DNA from: a virus
Length of the DNA stretch: 64,000 nt
IMG/VR virus record: IMGVR_UViG_3300017963_000014
Coordinates: 37,797 to 101,796 of that record
Strand: one strand, 5' to 3'
The notes under the pieces were generated by a model. The model had not been told where the DNA came from and did not search any database. It saw only the letters and a program-made list of their open reading frames with translations. Both the position numbers and the translations under genes were made by a program. Of this stretch, positions 9,628-19,496 are shown one piece after another. Within the stretch, counting starts at the first letter, position 1. The number at the start of each line of letters is the position of its first letter.

Positions 9628-11982
9628 CTAGACGACCGCGTCGAAGATCCCGGCGCGTCCGATCACGACGCGGAACCGCTCGACGGTGTCGGCGAGCTTC
9701 AGCGTCAGCTCCGCGTTAAGGTCCCCGTCCGCGAGCGTCGCGTCCGTGTTGTTCTCGGAGTCGATCTTCAGCTCGAACGCCTCGCCGTCGAACTTCCGAC
9801 CGCGGAGCGCGCCCTTAACCCACTCCGGGAGGAAGTAGTCGCGGAAGGAGGTCGCGACGCGCTGCCAGGCGGTCTCGTTGTTGATCGCGAAGACGATCCA
9901 GTCGAAGTTCTCCCGAATCACGTTCTCGTAGTGCGACATCTGGCACCGCTGGTGGTACCACCTCCACTCGCTCGTCGGCGAGAGCGTCCGGTCGCCCCAG
10001 ATAATAACGACGCCCTGCCGGAACTTCACGACGTTCAGCCCCTGCGGGTTCAGCCGCTCCTCGTCGAGCTCCGGCTGCGTCTCCGCGTCCCCGGTCGGGA
10101 GCTCGAGGACCTCCGGAAGCGTTACCTCGATCCCCGCCGGCGCCTTGTGGTACCCCTCGTACTGCCGCGCGACGAGCGCCTCGCGGCCGAGGATCATCCC
10201 GACGAGGGTCTGCTCCTTCAGCGGCGTGACCTCCGCCCCCGGCGTCGCGTCCGGGTCCGGGACCGAGCCGAATGAAGGCCAGTCCGTCGAGGCGTACTCG
10301 GAGCGGCCGAGGGTACCGTTGACCCAGTCGATCGCCTCGGCCTCGGTCGTGTACTGCTTCGGAACCTGGACCTTGAAGCTGTAGTTCCGCGCCGCCGCGT
10401 ACTCGACCCCCGAGCGCTGGAGTGTCGCGGAGGTCAGGCCCGGGGTAGCGAGCTTCACGAGCCCCTTGTTCTTCCCGAAGATCTTGTTCAGCGTCGAGAC
10501 GTTCGGGTCGAACGCGTCGAGGAAGTCCGCGTCCGTTACCGGCGACCCGTTGTGCCCGCCCTCGAACTCCTGCGCGTACTCGAGCAGGAAGAGGTCGCCC
10601 GCGGCGATCGAGCCGCCGTCGGTGAGGTCGAGGCCGGCGCGAACCGAGACGCTGTCCCGGTCGTTGGCGTCGATCCGGAACGCGAGGTTCGGCGTCCCGA
10701 CGAAGTCGGGGTAGACGAGCCCGCCGACGAGCTCGTCCGGGATCAGCGCGAGGACCTCGATCACGACCTCGTCGCCGTCGACGAGGGCGGTCCCGCCGTT
10801 CGTCACGGTCACGGTCCCGATCTCGGGACCGAGGTTAGTAGCTACGCCGGTGAACGCGGCCTGGAGGACGTCGAGCGGACCGATCGAGGTAGTCCAGCGG
10901 ATATCCGCGCCCGCGTTCTCGACCGTCCCCGTGAGGATCTGCGACCGAACCGCCGCGCCCTTGACGAAGACCGTCGTCGGGTCCGCCCCCGCGACCGGGG
11001 AGTCTACCGTGACGTCCGGGTCCGGAAGCGTGAGCGTGAGCGCCGTCAGCGTCTTGCTCTGCCCGTAGAAGTTCGCCGGCCGGACCGCCGCGACGGTCTT
11101 GTCCCCGACGTAGAGGTCCTCGGCGAAGATCTCCCGGTTCGACGGGTCCTGGTTGATCACGTTAACCCAGTAGTTCGCCTTCGTCGGGTCGGTCGAGAGG
11201 TTCCGGTACCGACTCGAGACCTCGGCGCCGTCGACGAATACGCGGAGCGAGAACTCGGTCGAGGGGTTCTCGTCGCCGTCGCCGACGATAACCGCGAGGT
11301 GATCGTCGTTACCGAGGTAGTCGACGTTATCGCGCGTCAGGACGTAGCGGTTCGCCGGGCTTCCACCGCCGGCGGCCCAGTCCGCGGCGAGGTCCTGGTC
11401 CGCCTCGACCGAGATTACGCCCGCGGCGGTATTCCCTACGATCCGGTAGGTCTTCGTCGTGACCTTCTTGAGGTCGAGCGTTCCGCCGGCCCACTCGTTC
11501 TCGATCATCGCGTCGCCGGTGTCGAGCGTCGTCGCCGTTAGGTCGCCGCCGCCGGTGATCTCGTCGATATACGTCTCGCGCCGACCGCCCCAGACCCCGC
11601 CGTTCTTCGCGTAGAGCTTCCCGAGGACCTTTCGACCGGAGGCGGGCGGCGCCGCCGTCCCCTGCCGGGTGTAGAGCGTGAGCTCCGCCCGCTTCTCGTC
11701 GCCGGCCGTGACGCGGTACGGGATCAGCTCGCCCGCGCCGCGCCCCATCTTGTAGAAGTCCTGCGCCGCCTTCGGCGCGTCCCCCTGCGGGATCCTCCCT
11801 CCGTACCGACGGTCGAAGTCGATCCGACCCGAGGGGAACCCGGGCTCGCCCACCTCGCCCCGCTCGTACTCGCCGAGTAGGACGGTAACGCCGAGGGGGG
11901 CCTCCTGGATCTCCTTCTGCGCCTCCCGCTCCTCGACCGAGACGCCGGCTCCTTTCACGGGCCCGAATCTTCTAACGGTCAT
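9628..11982 (-). CDS. Tail sheath protein (large, with inserted domains)
   Basis: GAGVSVEE N-terminus; C-terminal GYHKAPAG, LNPQGLNVV, IIWGDRTLS, WIVFAINN and EWVKGALRG sheath motifs. Confidence 0.92.
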   Translation of the reverse strand: MTVRRFGPVKGAGVSVEEREAQKEIQEAPLGVTVLLGEYERGEVGEPGFPSGRIDFDRRYGGRIPQGDAPKAAQDFYKMGRGAGELIPYRVTAGDEKRAELTLYTRQGTAAPPASGRKVLGKLYAKNGGVWGGRRETYIDEITGGGDLTATTLDTGDAMIENEWAGGTLDLKKVTTKTYRIVGNTAAGVISVEADQDLAADWAAGGGSPANRYVLTRDNVDYLGNDDHLAVIVGDGDENPSTEFSLRVFVDGAEVSSRYRNLSTDPTKANYWVNVINQDPSNREIFAEDLYVGDKTVAAVRPANFYGQSKTLTALTLTLPDPDVTVDSPVAGADPTTVFVKGAAVRSQILTGTVENAGADIRWTTSIGPLDVLQAAFTGVATNLGPEIGTVTVTNGGTALVDGDEVVIEVLALIPDELVGGLVYPDFVGTPNLAFRIDANDRDSVSVRAGLDLTDGGSIAAGDLFLLEYAQEFEGGHNGSPVTDADFLDAFDPNVSTLNKIFGKNKGLVKLATPGLTSATLQRSGVEYAAARNYSFKVQVPKQYTTEAEAIDWVNGTLGRSEYASTDWPSFGSVPDPDATPGAEVTPLKEQTLVGMILGREALVARQYEGYHKAPAGIEVTLPEVLELPTGDAETQPELDEERLNPQGLNVVKFRQGVVIIWGDRTLSPTSEWRWYHQRCQMSHYENVIRENFDWIVFAINNETAWQRVATSFRDYFLPEWVKGALRGRKFDGEAFELKIDSENNTDATLADGDLNAELTLKLADTVERFRVVIGRAGIFDAVV

Positions 11983-12017
11983 CTCCGATTCCTCCTGTCT
12001 GGAGAGACGCGCTCATC

Positions 12018-13352
12018 CTAGTGCGTCTCGGGGGTCGAGGCGGGGACCGGGGCCCCGCTCGCGAGCGCGTCCGACTCCCGCCGGGAGTCGACGTTCGCCC
12101 AGGTGGTCTTGACGGCGAGCACGCCGAAGGTGTCTCGCTCCGGCCGGAGCTGCGCGGCGACGTCTACGAGGTCGAACCGGGTCTTGAACGCCCGGACGTC
12201 CCCGACGTCGCCCTCGATCGGAACGGCCGAGAATTGCTCACGAAGTATCGTTCTAAACCGCCGGTCCGTCGCCCTCGAGCGAACGAAGGGTCCGACCTCT
12301 CCGGGCGGCCCGGCGACGATCGCGCGGGTCGCGGCCTCGAGTAGACCCGCCTGCTCCCGGCTCCTGTCGGTTCGGAGCTCCATCTCTATCCGGTAGGTCG
12401 TTCGGTGCGGGGGCAGGATCTCAACGGCTTCTCCGGTGTCACTCCGTACGGTACCCCTCGCCGCGAACGCCGGGTAATCGGATGAGGAGACCGAGTCCGC
12501 GTCCCGTAGCGCGACCTGCGGGACCTTCCCGATCTCGAGGAAGTCCTCCGAGGTGTCCCAGGCGACGACCGGGCGGACCCGTAGGACGGGGTAGGGGACG
12601 CCGCCGACCGGGATCGGGGCGGAGAGCGAAATTACCCGCGTCCCCGGGTCGTACGAGGCGAGGAGGTCGACGAGGAGGTTCGGGTCGTTCGAGAGGTCGT
12701 ACACCTCCTCGACGTCGACTATCTGTAAACCCGCGTCGTCGCGGTAGTCGTCGAGATCGATCGAGGCGACCGGAGCGGTAACCACCGGCGGTAGCGCGAG
12801 CCGGAGCCGGAAGTCGAGCGCCTCCTGGTAGGTCGCGGTCAGGGAGTCGACGAGGGCGTCGGCGTACCAGTCGACGGTACCCTCCCAGAGGAGGGAGAGG
12901 CAGGCGACGGAGGGGGTAACGCGGTCGTCGGTCGTCCGGAGGTTTAGGACCGGCGCGAACTCCCGCGTCGACTTTACGTCGTACGTCGGGAGCGCCGCGT
13001 TAAGCTCCTCGATCGTGTTCCACTCCCCCGGGTTCGGGGCGCGCCAGGAGCCGCCGTCGAAGTAGAACTCCCCCGCGCCGTCGAAGAGCCGGAACCCGAC
13101 GGAGGTCCCCTCCGGGAGCTCGGCCTCGAGCTGCGCGATCAGGAGCTTTCGAACCGCCTCCGGCCGGGCTATCGGCGGGCGGACGTAGAGGTCGGCGTCG
13201 GTCGGGTAGCGGAAGGCGGCGTTTAGCTTCAGCTCCGCGCGGAAGGTCCGGGGGTCGACCCGGACCTTCGCCGGGTCGGAGAGGGTACTCCCCGCGATCG
13301 CGTCGAAGCCGCGGCCGGGTTCCCAGTAGAAGTCGGTGATTACTCGACTCAT
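12018..13352 (-). CDS. Putative tail completion/terminator protein
   Basis: 444 aa between neck genes and sheath; function inferred from position only. Confidence 0.45.
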   Translation of the reverse strand: MSRVITDFYWEPGRGFDAIAGSTLSDPAKVRVDPRTFRAELKLNAAFRYPTDADLYVRPPIARPEAVRKLLIAQLEAELPEGTSVGFRLFDGAGEFYFDGGSWRAPNPGEWNTIEELNAALPTYDVKSTREFAPVLNLRTTDDRVTPSVACLSLLWEGTVDWYADALVDSLTATYQEALDFRLRLALPPVVTAPVASIDLDDYRDDAGLQIVDVEEVYDLSNDPNLLVDLLASYDPGTRVISLSAPIPVGGVPYPVLRVRPVVAWDTSEDFLEIGKVPQVALRDADSVSSSDYPAFAARGTVRSDTGEAVEILPPHRTTYRIEMELRTDRSREQAGLLEAATRAIVAGPPGEVGPFVRSRATDRRFRTILREQFSAVPIEGDVGDVRAFKTRFDLVDVAAQLRPERDTFGVLAVKTTWANVDSRRESDALASGAPVPASTPETH

Positions 13353-13945
13353 AACCCGTTAAGGGTAGCTTTGACGGACTCGCCGAAGGCTAACTCAATG
13401 CGGGGGACCGCGGCCTCGAACGGCTCCCGGAGGAAGGGGCGACCGCGGACGCGCCAGGTCCGCGCGCCCTCGCCGCCCTTCCCCTCGAACCGGACCTTCC
13501 CGCCCCGGCGCTTCCGGAGCTCGGCGAAGACCGCGGCCCGGACCTTCTCCGTGACGCGGATCACGAACCCCTCGTGAAGCGAGACCGCGACGTCGACGAG
13601 TCCCCGACCCCCGGCGTTCCGCGCGGTCCGGAGCACGCCGACGGCGCCGCGGAGCCGGACCGCGACCGCGTTCGAGCCCTTCGCGCTGACCCCCGTCCGG
13701 ATCCCCGCCCGGAGGTCGCCGCGGTCAACGAGCGGGCGAGAGCTACCCTTGATTAGGACCGTGAGCGGGGAGTTCGGAACCCCGTGCCGCTCCCCGTCGA
13801 TGTACCCGACGACGTCCCGGCGGAGGAGCTCGACCTGCCGCCTCATCTCCCGCCGGACCTTCTTCCGGAACTCCCTCCGAGCCCGCTTAGGTTCGAGGAA
13901 GCGGAGGAACTTAGCCCAGTCTCCGCCGAGACGGAACTTAAGCAC
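13349..13945 (-). CDS. Neck/virion morphogenesis protein (HK97 gp10-like)
   Basis: PNSPLTVLIKGSSRPLVDRGDLR...HEG...RPFLR pattern of tail-completion/gp10-like proteins. Confidence 0.65.
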   Translation of the reverse strand: MLKFRLGGDWAKFLRFLEPKRARREFRKKVRREMRRQVELLRRDVVGYIDGERHGVPNSPLTVLIKGSSRPLVDRGDLRAGIRTGVSAKGSNAVAVRLRGAVGVLRTARNAGGRGLVDVAVSLHEGFVIRVTEKVRAAVFAELRKRRGGKVRFEGKGGEGARTWRVRGRPFLREPFEAAVPRIELAFGESVKATLNGL

Positions 13946-14399
13946 CCCCGCCCCCGAGCCGGTCCGTGAACTGGACCTCGAGCAGCGTCAGCCCGTCCTG
14001 GTCCGGGTACCCCGCGACGTCCCGGAACCAGGCGATGTACAGCGAGGTCGAGCGGCGTCCGACCCGGGAGATCCGATCCCCGCGGGAGAGGAAGATCGTC
14101 AGGGTCCCGTCCGGGTTCTCCTCCGCGAGGTTCCAGGCGAGGAGGTCGACGACGCGGAAGAGGAGGTAGCCGGCCCACTTCTCCTCGACGCCGGCGGGGT
14201 GGTAGTCCGGCTTCCGGATACTCCCCCGGTTGTAGTCGACCTGCGCCTCGACCTCGACCGGTTCCCCGAGCCCGGGCCCGCCGCCGAGCCGCCAGACCTG
14301 CCGGACCGGCTCCCGCGCGACGGGGTCGAAGACGGTAGAGCCCTCGACCTTGCGCTCGAGGACGACCGGGAGCGGGTGAATTAGATTAGGGACGGGCAA
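13938..14399 (-). CDS. Head closure / head-tail adaptor
   Basis: 153 aa, TTG start, FDPVAREP and RGDRI motifs; follows the connector gene. Confidence 0.55.
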   Translation of the reverse strand: MPVPNLIHPLPVVLERKVEGSTVFDPVAREPVRQVWRLGGGPGLGEPVEVEAQVDYNRGSIRKPDYHPAGVEEKWAGYLLFRVVDLLAWNLAEENPDGTLTIFLSRGDRISRVGRRSTSLYIAWFRDVAGYPDQDGLTLLEVQFTDRLGGGGA

Positions 14400-14410
14400 T
14401 TCCGATTCTC

Positions 14411-15406
14411 CTAAATCCGGGGCCCGAAGCGCCGGTTCACCGTCCGCGGGGCCCCGACCTTTATCGGCGCGCGGTACGCCGCGAGGATCTGGTCGACCTC
14501 TGGGTCGCCGGTCGTCGAGTGCAGCTTCGACCCGACGAACGGGTCGCCGTACCTCCGACGATGCCGGTCCGTCTCCTCCTCGACGATCGGACCGAACGCG
14601 GTCGAGCCCCCGCCGCCGACGACGGAGTAGAGTCCGCGGGAGGAGCGGGCGACGAGCTTCTTGATCGCGTACTTAATCGGCTCCGGCGTACTCCCGTCGG
14701 TCTCTACGTACCCGAAGGTCCCGTCGAGGACCTGGTTCTGCTCCCCGACCTCGAAGACCGCCGAGGTCGTCCCGAGGTAGCCCGTCCCCTCGAAGATCGA
14801 GCGCGAGCCGGAGAGGAGCTTCACCCGGGGGTTCCGCCGGTCGTCCTGCCCCGATCCCCCCCGTCCGGCGTAGACCTTGTACGTCCCGGGGTCCGCGGCG
14901 GAGGCGCTCCCGTTGAGGTAGAGCGCCGCGATCGAGATAATCGGTACCGGGAGCTGTAGGAGCGCCGTCCCCGTCCCGTCCCGGACCCAGTCGAACGCCC
15001 GGGGCGTGAACCAGAGCCGGGTGCAGCGCTCGACGAAGGCCTGCCAGGTCAGGATCCGGGAGAGGAGCTGCGCGTCCGAGACGGAGGCGGGGACGCCCTC
15101 GGCCCTCATCTCGTCGAGCGTTACGTAGAGCGCGTCGGTCTCCCCGAGGATCGGGTCCGAGAGCGAACTCTCCTGGAGCGTCGTCGTGTTGAAGTAGCTC
15201 GTCTTGTACCAGTCCGTCGGACTCCCGCCGAGGTCGTCGTAGTAGTAGACCGAGACGCCCGCGACGAACGGGATCCGGGTCGCGGGGGTCGTGATCTCGA
15301 CGTACGGACCGCCCTCGACCGCGGCTCGGAAAACGCGAATGACGTCGAAGATCGTTACGACGTTCTCGATCTTGTTGACGTTTATCGTTACCTTGATAAC
15401 GGGCAT
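14411..15406 (-). CDS. Head-tail connector (gp15/gp6-like)
   Basis: LYVTLDEMRAEG...FVERCTRLWF...DGTG...FGY...PEPIKYAIKKLV...EVDQILAAYR adaptor pattern. Confidence 0.7.
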   Translation of the reverse strand: MPVIKVTINVNKIENVVTIFDVIRVFRAAVEGGPYVEITTPATRIPFVAGVSVYYYDDLGGSPTDWYKTSYFNTTTLQESSLSDPILGETDALYVTLDEMRAEGVPASVSDAQLLSRILTWQAFVERCTRLWFTPRAFDWVRDGTGTALLQLPVPIISIAALYLNGSASAADPGTYKVYAGRGGSGQDDRRNPRVKLLSGSRSIFEGTGYLGTTSAVFEVGEQNQVLDGTFGYVETDGSTPEPIKYAIKKLVARSSRGLYSVVGGGGSTAFGPIVEEETDRHRRRYGDPFVGSKLHSTTGDPEVDQILAAYRAPIKVGAPRTVNRRFGPRI

Positions 15407-15408
15407 CG

Positions 15409-15786
15409 CTAGCTAACCTCCTTCGCCCCGATTATGCGCGGCCGGAGATTCGTCGCCGCGAGGAGCTTCGGGACGAGCTCGACCGCGGCCGAGAGGCTCG
15501 GGACGCCCCCGTCGGCCCCGCCGGTCGAGAGGACTTCAGTATCGTAGTACGCGTAGAGGACGTCCCCCGGATCGTCCGCCGCGCCCTGACTCGGGAGCGG
15601 GGGGAGCTTCATTCGGAAGGTCCCGGCGTCGGGGTCGAGCTCGACCCAGCCGTTCTCGAGCTCGCGCTTCAGCTGCTGCCCGTTTAGGAAGACGACTAGC
15701 GAGTCCGCGCGGTAGTGCGTCGGGACGGAGAAGTCGCGGTTCACGCCGTCTACGACGCCGGCGACGGGTTCGAGGCGGGAGGGCAT
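15409..15786 (-). CDS. Small structural protein (paralog of 15786-16025)
   Basis: GVVDGVNRDF...SLVVFLNG...ELDP..GTFRM repeat shared with the neighbouring gene. Confidence 0.6.
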   Translation of the reverse strand: MPSRLEPVAGVVDGVNRDFSVPTHYRADSLVVFLNGQQLKRELENGWVELDPDAGTFRMKLPPLPSQGAADDPGDVLYAYYDTEVLSTGGADGGVPSLSAAVELVPKLLAATNLRPRIIGAKEVS

Positions 15787-16025
15787 TACGGGGTCTCCTC
15801 CGCGAAGAAGACGTAGACGACGTCCCCCGGGACCGGCGCTCGACGGAGGCGGAAGGTCCCGAGCGGGGGGTCGAGCTCGTCGTACCCGTCTTCGAAGTCG
15901 CGCGCGAGTAGTCTCCCGTTCCGGAGCGCGCGGAGCGTCCCGGGCTCGTACGGGAGGGGCGCGGCGAAGTCCTTGTTGACCCCGTCGATCGTCCCGAGCG
16001 CCTCGAGTAGTCGGGTCTGAGCCAC
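15786..16025 (-). CDS. Small structural protein (paralog of 15409-15786)
   Basis: GTIDGVNKDF...TLRALRNG...ELDPPLGTFRL. Confidence 0.6.
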   Translation of the reverse strand: MAQTRLLEALGTIDGVNKDFAAPLPYEPGTLRALRNGRLLARDFEDGYDELDPPLGTFRLRRAPVPGDVVYVFFAEETP

Positions 16026-16043
16026 GCTTCGCCGCTCTCCTTC

Positions 16044-16454
16044 CTACGCGTACTGTACCTCTAGGAATAAGACCCCGTCGATCGTCCCGTCGGGGGTAAG
16101 ACCGGGGGAGGAGCCCCAGAGGATCCCGACCTCGTCGCCCTTATCCGCGACGATCTCCCCGGGGGTTATCTCCCAGATCTTCTTAGACCCGGAGTCGACG
16201 TCTACGTACTTCCCCGTCGGTACCCCGTTCTTAGTAAGCTCGAAGCGGAGAAAGCCTCCCGTTACCGACTCGCTAAGGACGATCCCGACGGTTACGAGTG
16301 AGGCGATACGGGGTAGCGGGAACTCGACGATACTCGCGGGGAATCCCGCGATCGGGAGCGACGCGCCCGTCGTCTCCCCCGCCGCGAAGTCGCTCCCGCT
16401 CCAGAAGACGGGGAGGAAGGCCCGGGGGCTCTTTACGGTGGTCTCGTTCGACAT
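16044..16454 (-). CDS. Hypothetical structural protein
   Basis: 136 aa beta-rich ORF in a tightly packed structural operon. Confidence 0.55.
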   Translation of the reverse strand: MSNETTVKSPRAFLPVFWSGSDFAAGETTGASLPIAGFPASIVEFPLPRIASLVTVGIVLSESVTGGFLRFELTKNGVPTGKYVDVDSGSKKIWEITPGEIVADKGDEVGILWGSSPGLTPDGTIDGVLFLEVQYA

Positions 16455-16455
16455 A

Positions 16456-17064
16456 TCAGAAGGCCTCCGCCTTCACCCCGATGATCTGGATCGCGACGTC
16501 CGAGGTGTCGCTCGCGTGCGACCCGTCCCGCCCGACCTGAAGCGCGAGCGCGTCGTCCTCCTCGAAGGAGGAAGCGTCGAGGTAGAGGACCGCCCCGAAG
16601 ACCTCGCCGATCGTATCGTAGGAGACGGTAACGTCGACGTACTGCGCGTCGGCCCAGCCCTCGGAGGAGTCGTCCCCGACCCCCTGCGCCTTCGCCCGCG
16701 CCCCGATCCGAACGACGGTCCCGGTTCCGCTCTCCTTGAGGATGAACTTAGCGGAGACCTTCAGCGAGGCCTTCGAGTTACTCTCGTGCGGCCAGCGCCC
16801 CTGGATCGCCCCCCAGCCCGTCGCGCCCGCGGCGACCTCGATCGCCGGTCGATCGTTAGCGACCACCGAGGTAGCGCCCGGGAGGACCGCCTCTACGTAG
16901 GGGTCGGTTACGACGTCCCTCGGGCAGCGGCACTCGAGGACGCCGAGTCCGTTGGGGTCCAGCGAGTGCGCGGGGTTCGTGGGGCACTCCGTCGGGGTGT
17001 CCTGGGACCAGACGTACTTGTACGCACCCTCGGTCGCGCAGCGGATCCGGTAGTACTTCAGCAT
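16456..17064 (-). CDS. Hypothetical structural protein
   Basis: 202 aa, tightly packed; N-terminal YRIRCATE...PTECPTNPAH Cys/His motif. Confidence 0.55.
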   Translation of the reverse strand: MLKYYRIRCATEGAYKYVWSQDTPTECPTNPAHSLDPNGLGVLECRCPRDVVTDPYVEAVLPGATSVVANDRPAIEVAAGATGWGAIQGRWPHESNSKASLKVSAKFILKESGTGTVVRIGARAKAQGVGDDSSEGWADAQYVDVTVSYDTIGEVFGAVLYLDASSFEEDDALALQVGRDGSHASDTSDVAIQIIGVKAEAF

Positions 17065-17072
17065 CCGACCCC

Positions 17073-17585
17073 CTAGAAGAGGATGAGGATCGCGTGGATC
17101 CTCACCCGGTTATTCCCCCCACCCCCCGTCCGCTTAACCTCGATCGAGAGCGACGTCGGCGCCGTCGGTACGTTCGAGATCGCCCCGAGGTCCGTTACCG
17201 TCGGGTACGCGTTCGCGGTCGAGACCGAGGCGATCGTCTGCGCGTTCGGTACGTCGTAGAGTCTGCACTCCACGGAGGTCGCGCCGTTCGGGTCGAGGAT
17301 AGCCTTGATCGAAGTCGGCGCTCCGACGAGGTTCGAACCGGGGAAGAGGTAGTCGCAGACCCTCGTGTAGTCGGTGTTCGCCGTCTCGAAGTACGGGGTA
17401 CCGTTAAGTCCGCTGGCCCCGAACGAGATCGCGACGTGCGCGCCCGGGCGGAGGGACTCCCAGACCCCGCTTCGGTACACGCGGAGCCTACCGAGCGCGG
17501 AGTCGAAGTAGATCAGCCCCTCCGAGGGACTCGCGGGCGGGGTCGCGACCGGTTCGAGGAGCGCGGACTGTAGGCTTAGCGGCAT
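17073..17585 (-). CDS. Fibre/appendage protein
   Basis: PPASPSEGLIYFDSALGRLRVYRSGVW short fibre repeat, also at the N-terminus of the next gene. Confidence 0.6.
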   Translation of the reverse strand: MPLSLQSALLEPVATPPASPSEGLIYFDSALGRLRVYRSGVWESLRPGAHVAISFGASGLNGTPYFETANTDYTRVCDYLFPGSNLVGAPTSIKAILDPNGATSVECRLYDVPNAQTIASVSTANAYPTVTDLGAISNVPTAPTSLSIEVKRTGGGGNNRVRIHAILILF

Positions 17586-18980
17586 CTACGCGCTCTCGCC
17601 GTCCTTCATCGCGATCCAGTTCATCTGGAGGAGGTTCGCGACGTTGTTCGCCCCGACGTTGATCGTAAACCCCCCGGCGACCTGCGACTCGACGACCGGC
17701 GAGAACTGCTGGTTATTCTGTGTAACCGGCGTCAGGACGACCGCGTAGTTCGCGTCCCCGAACGCGGTCGCGAACGTTACCGTCGCCCTCTTCGGGTTCC
17801 CGGCGAAGGAGCCGACGGGGACCCTCCCCGCCTTCTGGTCGAGCGCCTGCTGATCGAGCGCGTCGTCGATCCCCTTGAGGTGCGCCGTCAGGTGGTCGAC
17901 GTCCGTAACCTCCGGCGGCGAGGTGTCCGGCGTATAGTTCGTCGGCGTGAAGTCGATGTCGAGCCGGTCCCCGTCGACCTCGTCCCCCCCGTCCTTGATG
18001 TGCCGCGCCGCGTGCGCCGAGACGTCGACCCCGTCGACGAGGTTCACGTTCGTTACGTTGTTTCCCCCCATATCGAGGTCGCCGGCCATCGCGCGGGCGC
18101 CGGAGACGAGGAGGTACTGCGTGTGGTCGTCGTTCCCGAGTCCGATCAGCGCCGAGTGCTGGACCGCGTTCCCGAACGACCCCCAGACCGAGCCGTTGAA
18201 GAAGTAGTATATGTTCTCGTCCTCGACCTTCAGCGCGAAGCCCTCGTTCGGGGTCGTGAAGATCCAGGCGCTCGCGCCGTCCCACTCCGCGATATCGTCC
18301 TTCTTCCCGTTCCAGGCGTCCTCGGAGAACTCGACGCTCCCGTCCGCGGTCGCGTCCGTCAGGTCCTCGTTTACCGTAATCTCCGTGTTCGGCGCGTTGT
18401 AGACGATCGACGCTACCGTATACGTCCCGTCGTTTCCGGTCGAGCCGACGATATCGAACTCCTCGGTCGCCGATAGCTCCGCCGTCTTGTCCCCGGCGAT
18501 CGAGACGACCTCCGTCGCGGGGTTCACCGCGACGATCGCGTAGGAGTGAACCCCGACTATGTACCGGTCCCCTCCGACCGGGACCGCCGGGGGCTTCGCG
18601 AGGTCCTTGTCGAGGACGGAGTTCTGCCAGTCGAGCCCCTTTAGCTTCGAGTTAATCTGCTCGGTCGTCCAGCTCTCGCTCGCCGCGTTGAACCCCGCGC
18701 CGCTCCCGCCTACGTTCGTGATATCGTTACCGCCCATATCGACGTCGCCGGCGAGCGTCGGACTAGCCGTCCGCGCCTGCTCGAGCGTCGTCGTGTGCGG
18801 GTTCGCGGTCGAGGTCGAGTGCGCCGTGAACGTTACGTTGTCGACAAGCGTATCCGTCGAGCCGTTCCGGTAGAGCTTCAGCTTCTTCTCGGTAACGTTG
18901 TACCAGATCTGCCCCTCTACCGGACTCCCGGGGTCGGAGGTAAGCTCGTCGAACTCGATCGCGAGTATCTTTAAGCCCAT
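17586..18980 (-). CDS. Fibre/appendage protein with DUF2793-like and C-terminal lectin-like domains
   Basis: DPGSPVEGQIWYN repeat; WQNSVLDKDLAKPP..GDRYIV...AWNGKKDDIAEWDG..WIFTTPNEG..VEDE..YFFNGSVW; C-terminal KRATVTFATAF..ANYAV domain. Confidence 0.65.
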   Translation of the reverse strand: MGLKILAIEFDELTSDPGSPVEGQIWYNVTEKKLKLYRNGSTDTLVDNVTFTAHSTSTANPHTTTLEQARTASPTLAGDVDMGGNDITNVGGSGAGFNAASESWTTEQINSKLKGLDWQNSVLDKDLAKPPAVPVGGDRYIVGVHSYAIVAVNPATEVVSIAGDKTAELSATEEFDIVGSTGNDGTYTVASIVYNAPNTEITVNEDLTDATADGSVEFSEDAWNGKKDDIAEWDGASAWIFTTPNEGFALKVEDENIYYFFNGSVWGSFGNAVQHSALIGLGNDDHTQYLLVSGARAMAGDLDMGGNNVTNVNLVDGVDVSAHAARHIKDGGDEVDGDRLDIDFTPTNYTPDTSPPEVTDVDHLTAHLKGIDDALDQQALDQKAGRVPVGSFAGNPKRATVTFATAFGDANYAVVLTPVTQNNQQFSPVVESQVAGGFTINVGANNVANLLQMNWIAMKDGESA

Positions 18981-18981
18981 A

Positions 18982-19443
18982 TCACGTCTCTCCGTTAGCG
19001 ATCGCGTGCCACCCGACGCGATCGAGGTTGGCTAGGTTCCCCGAGCCGAGGTCGACGTCGAACCCCGCGGCGGTCTTCGACGTGACGCCGGGGGCGTAGA
19101 TCTTCCCGTTGATCGTCTCGACCGCGAGGGTAACGGCGTAGTCCGCGGAGGGGTAGGCGGTCGCGAACGCGACCGTCGCCCGCTTCGGGGTCCCGGAGAA
19201 GTCGCCGGGGATCAGGACCCCGGACTTGATCTCCCGCTCCGCGAGCGCGGAGAGCGTAACGACCGGGACGTCGAACCACTTCGAGGAGGAGGACCCGAGG
19301 ATTCGGAGCACCTGACTACAGAGATACGATAGCGTATTCGCTAGGTTTACCGCGTTCGCGTCGTGCTGCGTCGGGTCGAGCGAGTCGTCGATCGCCCCGC
19401 GCTCGCTGTGTATCGAGTCCTGTCTAAGCCTAGGTCTGGCCAC
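18982..19443 (-). CDS. Fibre-associated protein with C-terminal lectin-like domain
   Basis: KRATVAFATAYPSADYAVTL...SKTAAGF..W.A, paralogous to the C-terminus of 17586-18980. Confidence 0.6.
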   Translation of the reverse strand: MARPRLRQDSIHSERGAIDDSLDPTQHDANAVNLANTLSYLCSQVLRILGSSSSKWFDVPVVTLSALAEREIKSGVLIPGDFSGTPKRATVAFATAYPSADYAVTLAVETINGKIYAPGVTSKTAAGFDVDLGSGNLANLDRVGWHAIANGET

Positions 19444-19496
19444 GGGGGCGCGCTCCAGACGTTAGGGTAGAGACGGAAGTATCCGAGACCCTATCG

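Noticed and set aside
15409-19443. Diversity-generating retroelement target among fibre genes
   Set aside because: No reverse transcriptase and no near-identical template/variable repeat pair differing at adenines was seen in the window.
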